From Candidatus Krumholzibacteriia bacterium (GTDB taxonomy: Bacteria > Krumholzibacteriota > Krumholzibacteriia > JAJRXK01): 64,000 bases of DNA. Shown in pieces: positions 30,927 to 40,143 of the stretch. The position numbers were made by a program, and so were the translations under genes. The stretch is from the NCBI GenBank assembly GCA_041484665.1, contig JBGPIA010000014.1, positions 32,001 to 96,000 of the forward strand, read 5' to 3'. Position 1 is the stretch's first letter; every line of letters begins with the position of its first letter. The notes below the pieces were generated by a model, which saw only the letters and a program-made list of their open reading frames with translations, did not search any database and was not told where the DNA came from.

Positions 30927-33278
30927 ATGCCGTCGCTGCTGCGGCCCCCGGGGCCGCCGGATCCCTGCGGCCCCCGCGGGGAAACCCTCGGCCTGGTCCT
31001 CTCGCCCCCACCGACCCCCGCGCCGTCGCGGTCCGCTGACTGGATTCGCCTGCTGCTGCCGTCCGCCGGCAGTGCGCGAGCTTCCGCGCAGGCCGCTAAC
31101 GCCGCGCTGTGGCAGCGCTGTGCCAAGCTCGTCTCGGAGCCCTTGCAGTTGCGCGCGGAGCTCTGCCGACTGGCCGCCCGATTTGCCGACATCGAGGGCC
31201 GGCGCTGGCTGGCCTACTCCAGCCGCTCCGACTACGCCGTCGAGCGGTTGGGGATCTCCGGCGGAGCCTTCTGCGATGCGGTGGGCGCCGGCCGGCTCTT
31301 CGCGCGCTGTTCCGCCGCGCAGCACGCGTTCCTCACGGGTTGCGCGAGCTACGCCGTCGTCGTAGAGCTGGCGCGCGTCCACGACCCGGCGTTCGTCGAG
31401 TCCCTGCTGCCCCGGGTGCACGGGCTGACCCGCAAGGAAGTGCGAGCGGCGATCCAGTGGGTGCTGGGAGATGAGCAGCGCGCCTGCGGTGGCGACTGCG
31501 AACGGCCGGATCGCGGCGGGGTGGCAGGTGACACAGTGGCTGTCGCGGGCTCCGACTGCGAACGGCAGGATCGAGGTGGGGCGGTCTGTGCACGTACGGA
31601 CGATGCGGAGGCCGACTGCGAACGGCCGGATCGAGGTGGGGCGGTCTGTATAAGTAGGGACGATGCAGAGGCCGACTGCGAACGGCCGGTTCGCCGACTG
31701 GTGCCCGACGCCCCGCCCTCCTTTATGCGCATCCGCTGGGACGGTCCCGCACTCCATGTGCACGTTATCGAGCGGACGCTGCAGTTCGCCTCCCTGCTCC
31801 TGGGCCGCGATGCCCCCCTGGACCAGCTGCTCGCCGCCATGGCGGCCGAGGCCAGCACCGAGATCGAGATCACCGTATCCGCCGAGGAGGCCTGCCGCCG
31901 GTTCGGCGTCCGCCTGCATGCCGAGGGCACCGACCTCGTGTCCCTGGCCCGGCGGGCCGCGGCCCACGGCGCCACCCAAGCTGACGCGACCGATGCCGCC
32001 GCAGCGCGGGCCGCCGACGCTTCCTCCGCTGGCGGCGCCCTCGCGGCGCCGGTTACCTCCATCGCCGCCGCCCGCCCCGCCGGCACGCATCCCTGCGCCC
32101 TGCCCCCCGAGCTCGTCTCCAACGCCCCAGCCTGGAAGCTCGCCGACGACCACCCCCACCGTCAGCTCGCCCACGACCTCGACGCCCGCATGCGCGAGCT
32201 CGTCGCCACACTCAATCGCATCCAACTCTGGATCGAAGACGAGCTGCTCGCCCTCCTGGAGGAGGGCGCCCACGGCGAGCTCGGCTACCCCAGCTTCGAG
32301 CGGTTCTGCGCCAAGTGCCTGGGCATCCCGCGGCGCACCGCCTGGGAGTCCGTCGACCGTGCCCGCCGCCGCCGCCGCAACGACCCCGTGGCCTGCGCCC
32401 ACGCCGATGGCCGCATCTCCACCGTCCAGTCCGACCTGCTCGACACGCTGCAGTCCCGCGACCACGTGCCGTGGTCGGCCATGGGTCCTTGGATCGACCT
32501 GGCCCACAAGGTCACCGTCCGCTGGCTGCGCGACGCGGTGCGCTGGGCGCGCGGGCAGGTCCTCACCGATTACCGCGCCTGGTCGCTGGGGGGGTATCCA
32601 CCCCCCACGGAGGACCAACTGCGAACGGCCGGTTTGGCCCTGCAGCGGATCGTGGAGGATCCCATGCTTCCCGACCCGGCCAGCCTGCTGCTGGCCGGCA
32701 GCCTCCAGCAGGCCCACGTGGACTGGTGGGTGGAGACGGACAGCGGACTGCTCCTGCTACAGATGGCGGCCTCCATCCAGGACAGCGCCGTCCGCCAGGC
32801 GCAGGCAGACTGCGCACCCCGAGCAGACAGCGCCGCCCTCACGCAGAGCGCGGAGCTCGCCCGCCTGCTCCCTGCACGCCCGCCCCTGTGGTGGGCCATG
32901 GACAAGATCGCCGACCTGGCGCGCGTGGCCTGGGCTCCCCTCGTCCTGCAGAACACCCACGACAGCCACCCCATCCTCGAGCGCGAGCTCTACCGTTGCG
33001 CCGCACCGGGTTGCACGTGCCGCCGCATGGAGGACCACCATCTGCACTACAAGGGCCGGGGCGGTGACGACGTCCCGGACAACCGCGCCGCGCTGTGCCC
33101 CTTCCACCACCGTCTGGGCGAGCACGGCGGGCTGTTGCGCGTGCGCGGCCGCGCCCACCCCGACGCCCGCACGCTCGTGTGGGAGATGGGCATCGACCCC
33201 CAGGGCAGGCCCAAGGAAAGGTTCCGCGGAGATTGGAGGATAAACCCCGAACGCGAGGCGGAGAGTGCCGACGCGTGA
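30927..33278 (+). CDS. Large HNH endonuclease with duplicated DUF222-like N-terminal modules
   Basis: C-terminal RELYRCAAPGC..EDHH..GRGG....NRAALCPFHHR..HGG; two L(A/G)Y(S/P)S....(ER/KC)LGI modules. Confidence 0.85.
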   Translation: MPSLLRPPGPPDPCGPRGETLGLVLSPPPTPAPSRSADWIRLLLPSAGSARASAQAANAALWQRCAKLVSEPLQLRAELCRLAARFADIEGRRWLAYSSRSDYAVERLGISGGAFCDAVGAGRLFARCSAAQHAFLTGCASYAVVVELARVHDPAFVESLLPRVHGLTRKEVRAAIQWVLGDEQRACGGDCERPDRGGVAGDTVAVAGSDCERQDRGGAVCARTDDAEADCERPDRGGAVCISRDDAEADCERPVRRLVPDAPPSFMRIRWDGPALHVHVIERTLQFASLLLGRDAPLDQLLAAMAAEASTEIEITVSAEEACRRFGVRLHAEGTDLVSLARRAAAHGATQADATDAAAARAADASSAGGALAAPVTSIAAARPAGTHPCALPPELVSNAPAWKLADDHPHRQLAHDLDARMRELVATLNRIQLWIEDELLALLEEGAHGELGYPSFERFCAKCLGIPRRTAWESVDRARRRRRNDPVACAHADGRISTVQSDLLDTLQSRDHVPWSAMGPWIDLAHKVTVRWLRDAVRWARGQVLTDYRAWSLGGYPPPTEDQLRTAGLALQRIVEDPMLPDPASLLLAGSLQQAHVDWWVETDSGLLLLQMAASIQDSAVRQAQADCAPRADSAALTQSAELARLLPARPPLWWAMDKIADLARVAWAPLVLQNTHDSHPILERELYRCAAPGCTCRRMEDHHLHYKGRGGDDVPDNRAALCPFHHRLGEHGGLLRVRGRAHPDARTLVWEMGIDPQGRPKERFRGDWRINPEREAESADA
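31493..31695 (+). repeat. In-frame 60-bp tandem repeat (3.3 units) inside HNH gene
   Basis: CGACTGCGAACGGC at 31493, 31553, 31613, 31673; encodes DCER(P/Q)DRGG. Confidence 0.92.
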
Positions 33279-33306
33279 CGACCGTCTCCGAGCCGGGCTG
33301 GCCGCT

Positions 33307-33336
33307 TTGACACCCGCGCATCGGAGCGCATACAAT
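33307..33336 (+). promoter_or_regulatory. Sigma-70-type promoter
   Basis: TTGACA-18 nt-TACAAT upstream of ORF 33415. Confidence 0.65.
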
Positions 33337-33414
33337 CAAGGTGTTATCTGCGACGAGCAGCCGGGCGCCCCCTGCGCGGCTTGCCCCTGAGGTCCCTCCT
33401 TACCCTGAGGTCAG

Positions 33415-34083
33415 ATGATCATGGCCGGATCGCGGACTCGCGCACCGTTGGCTCCCCTCACTACCCTGCTGGTCCTGCTTGCCGCGGGCCTGCTGTTCGC
33501 GGCGGCCCTGGCGGTCGCTTCGGAGAAGGACTCTCCTGCACAGGACGCCTCTGCGCCAGCGGCCCAGGACCAGGGCACGGCTTCCCAGCCGGCGACCACC
33601 GATGCGAATGGCACCCCGGCTGCCGCCCCCGCGAGCTCCGGCACCGCCGGCACGCAGCACATGGCGGGGCAAGCCATCTCGCCCACCGAGGGCTCACCCG
33701 CGGAGGGGGCGTCCCCCGAGGGGTTGCCCGCGCCGGGCGCCCTCGCGTCCCAGCAGCGGCCGCTGACCCCCATGCACGCAGAGATCCAGCGCGTGATCGA
33801 GGACGAGAAAGCCGCCGTCGCCGCGCTCCAGGCCCGGTTCGAGCAGACCAAGGACCCCGTCACCGCGATGGAAGTCCAGAAGCAGGTGCAGGACACGAAG
33901 ATCCAGACCGAGATCACCATCCTGCAGATCCAGGTGCGCTACGCGCGTCAGGAGGGTCACAACGACGTGGCCACCCAGCTCGAGTCCGCGATCAAGGAGA
34001 TGACCACGCCCAAGGCGGCCGGCACGCCGATCGATCGCCCGGCCCCGCAGCAGACTCCGGCCCGCGGCTCGCAGCAACACTAA
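33415..34083 (+). CDS. Secreted hypothetical protein (disordered linker + coiled coil)
   Basis: Signal peptide, Ala/Pro/Ser linker, helical Q/E/K-rich domain. Confidence 0.8.
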   Translation: MIMAGSRTRAPLAPLTTLLVLLAAGLLFAAALAVASEKDSPAQDASAPAAQDQGTASQPATTDANGTPAAAPASSGTAGTQHMAGQAISPTEGSPAEGASPEGLPAPGALASQQRPLTPMHAEIQRVIEDEKAAVAALQARFEQTKDPVTAMEVQKQVQDTKIQTEITILQIQVRYARQEGHNDVATQLESAIKEMTTPKAAGTPIDRPAPQQTPARGSQQH

Positions 34084-34129
34084 CCGGTCGCACGGCCAAC
34101 ACCACACCCGAGCGACAGGAGAACCAGAT

Positions 34130-37100
34130 ATGCGCATTGGCAACGGTGCCAACCCCTGGAGCCGCGCCGTAGGCCGACTCCTTTCCCATGCCCCTGCGGC
34201 GTGCACGCTGCCGGGAATTGCGCGCAGACTCGCGCCGGAATTCGAGCCGCAATCCACGTTCCGATCCGCGTCCCCACCCGCGTCGCGGATCGCTCGACTG
34301 TCGCTGGGCCTGCTCGCGGTGCTGGGGGCTTCGCTCGCCGCCGCCCCGCAGGCGCACGCCGACCTGGCGCCGCCGATTCGCGTCCGTTTGGCGCGCCCAC
34401 CCCATCCCGCCGAGGCCTCCAAAGCTTTCAGCGACACGTTGATCATCACTTCGCTGCAGGCCGGTGAGATCGGCAACCTCCGCCTGGAGAGCGACGGCTT
34501 CAAGGCCATCGCGTTCGAAGCTCCGATTGCCAAGAAGCTCACCGCGCAGAGCGAGCTGCGCGTGCCGTTCACGGCCACCGTGCAGAACGCCGACCAACCG
34601 CTCGGCGTCTTCATGGAGCTGGACGGCTGGCCGTTCGCGACGTACATCGACCTGTCCCAGCACGCGTTCGAGCTGAGCCAGCATCCGCTGCCGGTGCAAA
34701 AGGTCCCCGACTCGCAGGTGACGCCCTTCCCGGGCGTGAACGAGTCCCTGACGCGGCCGGCGCTACCGCCCCCGCCCCCGCAGAATGCGCCCACCGAGGC
34801 GCAACGCGCCGCGCAAGCCCAGCAGAAGAGCGGCGGCAACCCAGGCGAGGCTCAGCCGACGCACTCCCGCTGGGTTCGCGTGCACGGCCGCTTCGTCTAC
34901 CCGCGGTCGGACGGTGTTACGATCGGCGCCGACGGGTGCGGCGTGTACGTCTACGATGACGACAGCCCCTTCGGACCCGAACTACTGGCCTCGGTAGCCA
35001 CCGACGCGTTCGGCTACTACGACGTCAGCTTCTACTGGAACCCCTGCGGCATCTTCTGCGACTCCGAGCCGGACATCTATATCTTGTTCGAGGCGACCAA
35101 CTCCAGGGTGGAGGTCACGAACACCGGCGGTAGCCGCTACCGTTGGCAAACCGGCACCACGAACGATTACGATGGGGCGGACATCGACTTCGGGTGGCTC
35201 CAGCCGGGCAATCCGGCGGACTTCCCGTCGCTGCACATCCTGACCGACCTGACCCGTACCTGGCGCTGGCTGCAGAACCGCGGCTACGACTGCCCGCAGG
35301 TGCGCGGCGTCTGGCCGGATGGCGCGACGGGCGCCTACTACAACGGCGACCAGATCCACGTGGGTGTCGACCGCCAGTGGCGTGAGGACACGCACTCCCA
35401 CGAGTTCGGGCATCACTTCATCGGCCACTTCGCCACGCAGGTCAGCCCGGACTACTGCAACGGGATCTGCGACAGCCCGGGACCCCCGGTCAGCTGCGGC
35501 CATTGCATCTGGTGCCGCGAGACCGACCACGACGCGTACTCCGAGGGCTGGCCCAACTGGCTCGCCGACATCCTGACGCGCTCGTACGCCGGCCAGTACG
35601 GCATCGCGTCACAGTTCTTCCGCAGCCAGGAGAGCCTGAGCACCTGCAGCGGGACGCTCGACGACCCGCTGCGCACCGAGGGCTTCCTGGGAGCGGTGCT
35701 GCGCGACATCGAGGACAACACGCAGGACGACCACCCCGAGTTTGCGCAGGGAATCGACGCCCTGGCGCTCGGGGAGGGCCCGATCCTCACCGTGGCGGAT
35801 CTCGACGCGCCCACGACGCCCATGGGCTTCCTCAACTCGTTCAAGGCGCGCTATCCGTGGCTCAACGAGCCGCTGTGGCAGACGGCCAAGAACTGCGGTT
35901 ACGAGATCGACACCGCCAACCCTAGCTACGCGACGAGCATCAGCTCGAGCCACGCGCTGTTCAGCAGCTCGGCCGACCCCACGGTCGATTTCTACTGGAC
36001 GCGGGCCACCGACGACTGCTCGGGAACGGCCGGCTACAGCATCGTGATCGCCGGTGGGTTCGTGTTCCCCGACGCGTCCGCGGAGATCGGCAACGTGACG
36101 AGCTACACGACCGGGATCCTCGCCCCGGGGACGTACTACTTCAACATCCGCGCCGTGGACAACGCCGGACGCTGGTCCGGCTCATACAACGCGTACGGGC
36201 CCTTCACCATCCGGCCGCCGGAGCCGGCGAATCTGACGTACTACACTCCGGGTGGGTGGACGTATCCGCTGACGCCGCGTGGCGCCGCGGACGCGGCCTC
36301 CAACAACGTCCCGGTGCCGGCGACGTTGCCCGGCAATAGCCCCACCACCTACACCAACCTCGCCGGAATCAACAACGGCGAGTCGCCGGCCTCCGCGAAC
36401 TTCTTCGGGTACGTCTACGTGGACGACATCTTCAACGTGTGGGTGGAGTGGGCTCCCCTGCCGGCGGGCTGGTGGTACTACGGAACGAACCTCGTTCCGA
36501 TCACCGTGCCCGGAGGCCGCCACACCTACGGGATGCGGGCGGATGCCAGCGACGCCATCTCGGAGACCAACGAGTACGACAACGTCTGGGCGCACCAGTG
36601 GGTGTGGACCCCGCTGTCGATCGGCAGCGGCGTCGACGTCGTGCGCAGCGCCCCGTCGCCCCGCCTGGCGGGAGCGGGCTGGGTGGTCGATGGATCGCCG
36701 TTCTACTACAACTGCGACGGCCTGCGGCTCGACTCGGAGTACTGGTGGACCGTGGCCTACGGTTACTCCCAGAACATGTCGGAGGACTACGATCTCTCGC
36801 TGCACAGCCCCTCGGTTGGCGCCCAGGATGGATTCGGCCCCAACCTGGCCTACTCCGGGCGGCTGGCGGGATGCCTGGACGCGGTGATCGCCAACCTGAA
36901 TACCACGCCCTATCAGCAGTACGACGTCGGCGTGATCAACTGGAACTCCGGCTCGAGCAACTACCGCGTGATGCAGACGCGCAACAATTACATCGCCGTC
37001 GATGACTCGTTCCCGGTCGCCTTCGCCCAGGACGAGATGCTGAAGATCTGGGAGTGTTATATCCCGCCGGACAAGGTTGGACCGGTGAGCGTGACGGTGG

Positions 37101-38749
37101 ACCTGGCGGATCCCTCGCAGGGACCCGTCTACGTTGGCTGGCTGGACCGGACCTTCACCCGGGGCAGCCTGGCCAGCTTCTCGTACACCGGCGCCACGGA
37201 CTCCTACACCGGTCGCGCGCGGCTCGACATGAGCATCGGATCGGCCGGGTACTATGGGCTGGTGGTGTACCGGGATCCCAAGGACGGCACCGCTCCCCTG
37301 GACGTGACGATCGAGGAGAGCACGACGCCGCCAGACTATACGCCGTACCTGGCCGCGGGCTGGTACGCGCCGCTGGTGCCCAGACCGGCCAACGACGGCA
37401 CGTACGGCTCGGTGCCGGCGCCAACGGTGCTGTGGGGCGACGTAGCGTCGACCTATTTCAATTATGGGTTCGCCAACATCAGCCCGACCGGGGACCCGTT
37501 CCTGCACACGCTGACCTATCTCGATGGGACCGCCTACTGGTACTTCGACAGCTGGCCGTACGGTGCCTACGCAACCGCCTTGTGGAACTGGAACGCCGCC
37601 TGGTGGATCGCTGGCGGCCGCCACACCTTGTCGGTGCGCCTGGATCCGGACAACACCGTCGAGGAGATCTACGAGAACAACAACATCAACGGCCAGCAAT
37701 GGGTGTGGCAGCCCTCGGTGCTGGCGTTCGCGACGCCGGTGTCGCGCGGCGCTCCTCCCGACCCGTATGGCGGATGGACGGACGTGACCACGGGCGAGCC
37801 GTTCTACGCCAACTGTGACGGGCTGCGGACACCTTTGTTCTCGCCCGGGTCGGGCTACTGGGGCGCGGTGGCGCTGATGCCGGGCGCCAGCAGCGACGTG
37901 GACCTGCGGCTGCACGAAGTGGCCCCCGACGCCAAGACGGGCTTCGACAACGTGCTGACGTACTCCAACTGGGGAGTCGGCGAGTGCGACTACGTGGTGG
38001 TGAACTTCAACCGGACTGCGTTCCGGCGCCTCGACGCAGGAATCGTCGAGTTCGCCGGCGGCGAGGGATACTCCGCCGAGGCGGTGACCGCGCCCTATCT
38101 CGGATCGGCGCCGGTGACCACCGGGCCGGTGACCCTGGGCCCCAGCCACATCATGCAGCTGTGGGAGGTGTACCTGGGCGTCGGCACCTTCAACGTGCGC
38201 CTGGAGAATCTCGCGGGCACGGTGGACTGGGGGCTGACGGCCCACGACCAGTCGTTGGTCTACGACAGCAAGTTCGGGTCGATCCCGGGAGGGAGCTCGT
38301 TCCTGAACGGCCCCGGCTCCAACGAGTGGGTCACCATCAACATCACGGCCCCCGGCTTCTACGCCGTGGGCGTGTGGAAGTCGTCGGCGGCGGACCTGGC
38401 GAAATCGGGAACCTACCGGCTGAGCATCCTGCAGCCGGCCACCGACGTGGCGTCGAGTCCGAATCTGCCCAGCGTCACGGCTCTGTCGGACGTCCACCCC
38501 AACCCGTTCAACCCGCGCACGACGGTCTCGTTCGACCTCGCGCGCGAGGGGAGCGCACGGGTGGCGGTCTACGATGCGGCGGGACGTCTGGTGCGCACGC
38601 TGGTGAGCGAAACCCGCCCGGCGGGCCGCTACGAGATCACCTGGGATGGCCATGACGACGCGGGCCAGCAGGTGGCCAGCGGCGTCTACATCGTGCGTCT
38701 AGAGGCCGCCAACGCCAGCGACCAACGCAAGATCACGCTGGTGAAGTAA
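34130..38749 (+). CDS. Large secreted zinc metalloprotease-like protein with duplicated CARDB-containing module and FlgD-Ig/T9SS-A-like C-terminal domain
   Basis: HEFGHH zincin motif followed by AYSEGW; two GGRHT..D....E..E.(D/N)N CARDB-like motifs; PNPFNPRTT..WDG.D..G..VASGVY..KITLVK. Confidence 0.85.
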   Translation: MRIGNGANPWSRAVGRLLSHAPAACTLPGIARRLAPEFEPQSTFRSASPPASRIARLSLGLLAVLGASLAAAPQAHADLAPPIRVRLARPPHPAEASKAFSDTLIITSLQAGEIGNLRLESDGFKAIAFEAPIAKKLTAQSELRVPFTATVQNADQPLGVFMELDGWPFATYIDLSQHAFELSQHPLPVQKVPDSQVTPFPGVNESLTRPALPPPPPQNAPTEAQRAAQAQQKSGGNPGEAQPTHSRWVRVHGRFVYPRSDGVTIGADGCGVYVYDDDSPFGPELLASVATDAFGYYDVSFYWNPCGIFCDSEPDIYILFEATNSRVEVTNTGGSRYRWQTGTTNDYDGADIDFGWLQPGNPADFPSLHILTDLTRTWRWLQNRGYDCPQVRGVWPDGATGAYYNGDQIHVGVDRQWREDTHSHEFGHHFIGHFATQVSPDYCNGICDSPGPPVSCGHCIWCRETDHDAYSEGWPNWLADILTRSYAGQYGIASQFFRSQESLSTCSGTLDDPLRTEGFLGAVLRDIEDNTQDDHPEFAQGIDALALGEGPILTVADLDAPTTPMGFLNSFKARYPWLNEPLWQTAKNCGYEIDTANPSYATSISSSHALFSSSADPTVDFYWTRATDDCSGTAGYSIVIAGGFVFPDASAEIGNVTSYTTGILAPGTYYFNIRAVDNAGRWSGSYNAYGPFTIRPPEPANLTYYTPGGWTYPLTPRGAADAASNNVPVPATLPGNSPTTYTNLAGINNGESPASANFFGYVYVDDIFNVWVEWAPLPAGWWYYGTNLVPITVPGGRHTYGMRADASDAISETNEYDNVWAHQWVWTPLSIGSGVDVVRSAPSPRLAGAGWVVDGSPFYYNCDGLRLDSEYWWTVAYGYSQNMSEDYDLSLHSPSVGAQDGFGPNLAYSGRLAGCLDAVIANLNTTPYQQYDVGVINWNSGSSNYRVMQTRNNYIAVDDSFPVAFAQDEMLKIWECYIPPDKVGPVSVTVDLADPSQGPVYVGWLDRTFTRGSLASFSYTGATDSYTGRARLDMSIGSAGYYGLVVYRDPKDGTAPLDVTIEESTTPPDYTPYLAAGWYAPLVPRPANDGTYGSVPAPTVLWGDVASTYFNYGFANISPTGDPFLHTLTYLDGTAYWYFDSWPYGAYATALWNWNAAWWIAGGRHTLSVRLDPDNTVEEIYENNNINGQQWVWQPSVLAFATPVSRGAPPDPYGGWTDVTTGEPFYANCDGLRTPLFSPGSGYWGAVALMPGASSDVDLRLHEVAPDAKTGFDNVLTYSNWGVGECDYVVVNFNRTAFRRLDAGIVEFAGGEGYSAEAVTAPYLGSAPVTTGPVTLGPSHIMQLWEVYLGVGTFNVRLENLAGTVDWGLTAHDQSLVYDSKFGSIPGGSSFLNGPGSNEWVTINITAPGFYAVGVWKSSAADLAKSGTYRLSILQPATDVASSPNLPSVTALSDVHPNPFNPRTTVSFDLAREGSARVAVYDAAGRLVRTLVSETRPAGRYEITWDGHDDAGQQVASGVYIVRLEAANASDQRKITLVK

Positions 38750-38760
38750 ACGATCGCGCC

Positions 38761-38788
38761 GCCCGCGGGAGCGAGGGCTCCCGCGGGC
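38761..38788. terminator. Hairpin between convergent genes
   Basis: GCCCGCGGGAGC-GAGG-GCTCCCGCGGGC perfect 12-bp stem; no U tract. Confidence 0.65.
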
Positions 38789-38792
38789 GCGC

Positions 38793-39677
38793 TCATGCGA
38801 TTGCTGCCGGCTCGCCCGTCTCGCACGGGATGAGCCGCGGCGCCCGCCCCCGGCTCAGCACCACCATCTGGTTCGCCGGGATCTCCCGCCAGCCGCGGTC
38901 CTCGGTGAGCCGCTCCGAGCTCACCACCACCGCTTCCGGGGCCTCCTTCTCCTTGCGCGGGCGTGCCGGCACGGAGTGGCGCTCGTACAGCTGGCCCGCG
39001 AAGTAGTAGAGCGACTCGGGCGCGCCGCCAGGCTCGTTGGTGAAGCGCGACACGACGGCGCGGTGCCCGTCGGAGACGGCGACGTTCAGGTACGAGGGCT
39101 CGCCCCCACCGTGCTCCGCCACGGTGGCCAGCACGCGCCCGATCGCCCGCTGCAGCGCCTCGGCCATCAGCATCGCCGGATCGCGGCCGCGGTCGCCGCG
39201 GCGCAGCAGCTCGTCGATGAAGACGGCGAACACGTGCTCCGAATCCGTGCTGCCGTACACGTTCCCGAAGGCCTCGTCGCAGACCGACTCCAGCAGCTTG
39301 CGGCGTACCCGCGCGAAGTTGCCGACGTCGCCGTTGTGCATGAACAGGTAGCGGCCGAAGCGGAACGGGTGGCAGTTGGCCTCGTTCACGCCGCTGGCCT
39401 GGGTCGCCGCGCGCACGTGGGCCATGATGCAGGGGCTGGCCACCACCCGCGACAGGTTGATCAGATTGCGGTTGTTCCAGGCGGGGGTGATGGAGCGGAA
39501 GACCGCCGGCTCCTCGGACAGCTCGGGCACGTACCAGCCGATGCCGAATCCGTCGCCGTTGAGGGGCTCCTCGCGCTCGCGGCTGTGGGTGCTCTGGCGG
39601 ATGAGGCTGTGGGTCGGCTCCACCAGGAGCGAGCTCAGGCGGATGGGAGGGCCCAGATAGTGCGTGAAGCGGCACAT
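38793..39677 (-). CDS. Class II glutamine amidotransferase (EgtC/DUG3/YafJ-like)
   Basis: N-terminal MCR, LNGDGFGIGWY, AHVRAAT, NCHPF, FMHNG, TDSE, VSSERLT. Confidence 0.92.
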   Translation of the reverse strand: MCRFTHYLGPPIRLSSLLVEPTHSLIRQSTHSREREEPLNGDGFGIGWYVPELSEEPAVFRSITPAWNNRNLINLSRVVASPCIMAHVRAATQASGVNEANCHPFRFGRYLFMHNGDVGNFARVRRKLLESVCDEAFGNVYGSTDSEHVFAVFIDELLRRGDRGRDPAMLMAEALQRAIGRVLATVAEHGGGEPSYLNVAVSDGHRAVVSRFTNEPGGAPESLYYFAGQLYERHSVPARPRKEKEAPEAVVVSSERLTEDRGWREIPANQMVVLSRGRAPRLIPCETGEPAAIA

Positions 39678-39978
39678 GCTCGATCCCCCTGCGGCCGGCC
39701 GGCGATGGGGCCCGGGGCAGTCCGGGCCGAAGACGGCTGGCGCCCGGGACGGGTATCGGCAGGAAGCTGGGCGACCTTGAAATCAACCTGCTCGTCGATC
39801 GCAGAGCATCGTGCGGTTGGTCGTGCCCAAACCGGAGGTTGGCCTGCGGCTGCGCTCCCCACTTCCCGCGGCCGGCCCCCTGCACCCTTGGCTTCGCGGT
39901 TCGCTCCCGTCGCGACCGCCCCGGTCCGGCAAGTCCGCCACCTACAAGGTCCTGCCCATGCTGGGCGCACCACATGCA

Positions 39979-40011
39979 GAAGGGCCCCACCTTCGCCCGG
40001 TGGGGCCCTTC
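39979..40011 (-). terminator. Stem-loop downstream of the alpha-glucan locus
   Basis: GAAGGGCCCCACC-7 nt-GGTGGGGCCCTTC perfect 13-bp stem. Confidence 0.55.
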
Positions 40012-40143
40012 ACAGTCATGCTCGCCGGCCGGCGCGCGGAGCACGGCCCGCCCGCAGGGGGTGGTGCACCGGCGCACGGCCTCGAGCGGCCGCCCACCCA
40101 AAGCGGGCGGGCGGCCGGACGGGGGTCCGGACGGGCGGCCGGA

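Noticed and set aside
31493..31695. CRISPR-like 60-bp periodic repeat
   Set aside because: Intervening segments 2 and 3 are near-identical, the repeat is in frame inside a CDS, and no cas genes are present; it is a tandem duplication
30927..33278. IscB/Cas9-like RNA-guided nuclease
   Set aside because: No PLMP or RuvC motifs; HNH is C-terminal; flanks leave little room for an omega/HEARO RNA
38793..39677. Ergothioneine operon (egtC)
   Set aside because: No egtB/egtD/egtA neighbours; only a family-level call is supported
39680..40140. Possible ncRNA or REP element in the 460-bp spacer
   Set aside because: Only one hairpin is supportable; no known RNA family motif or second copy recognised
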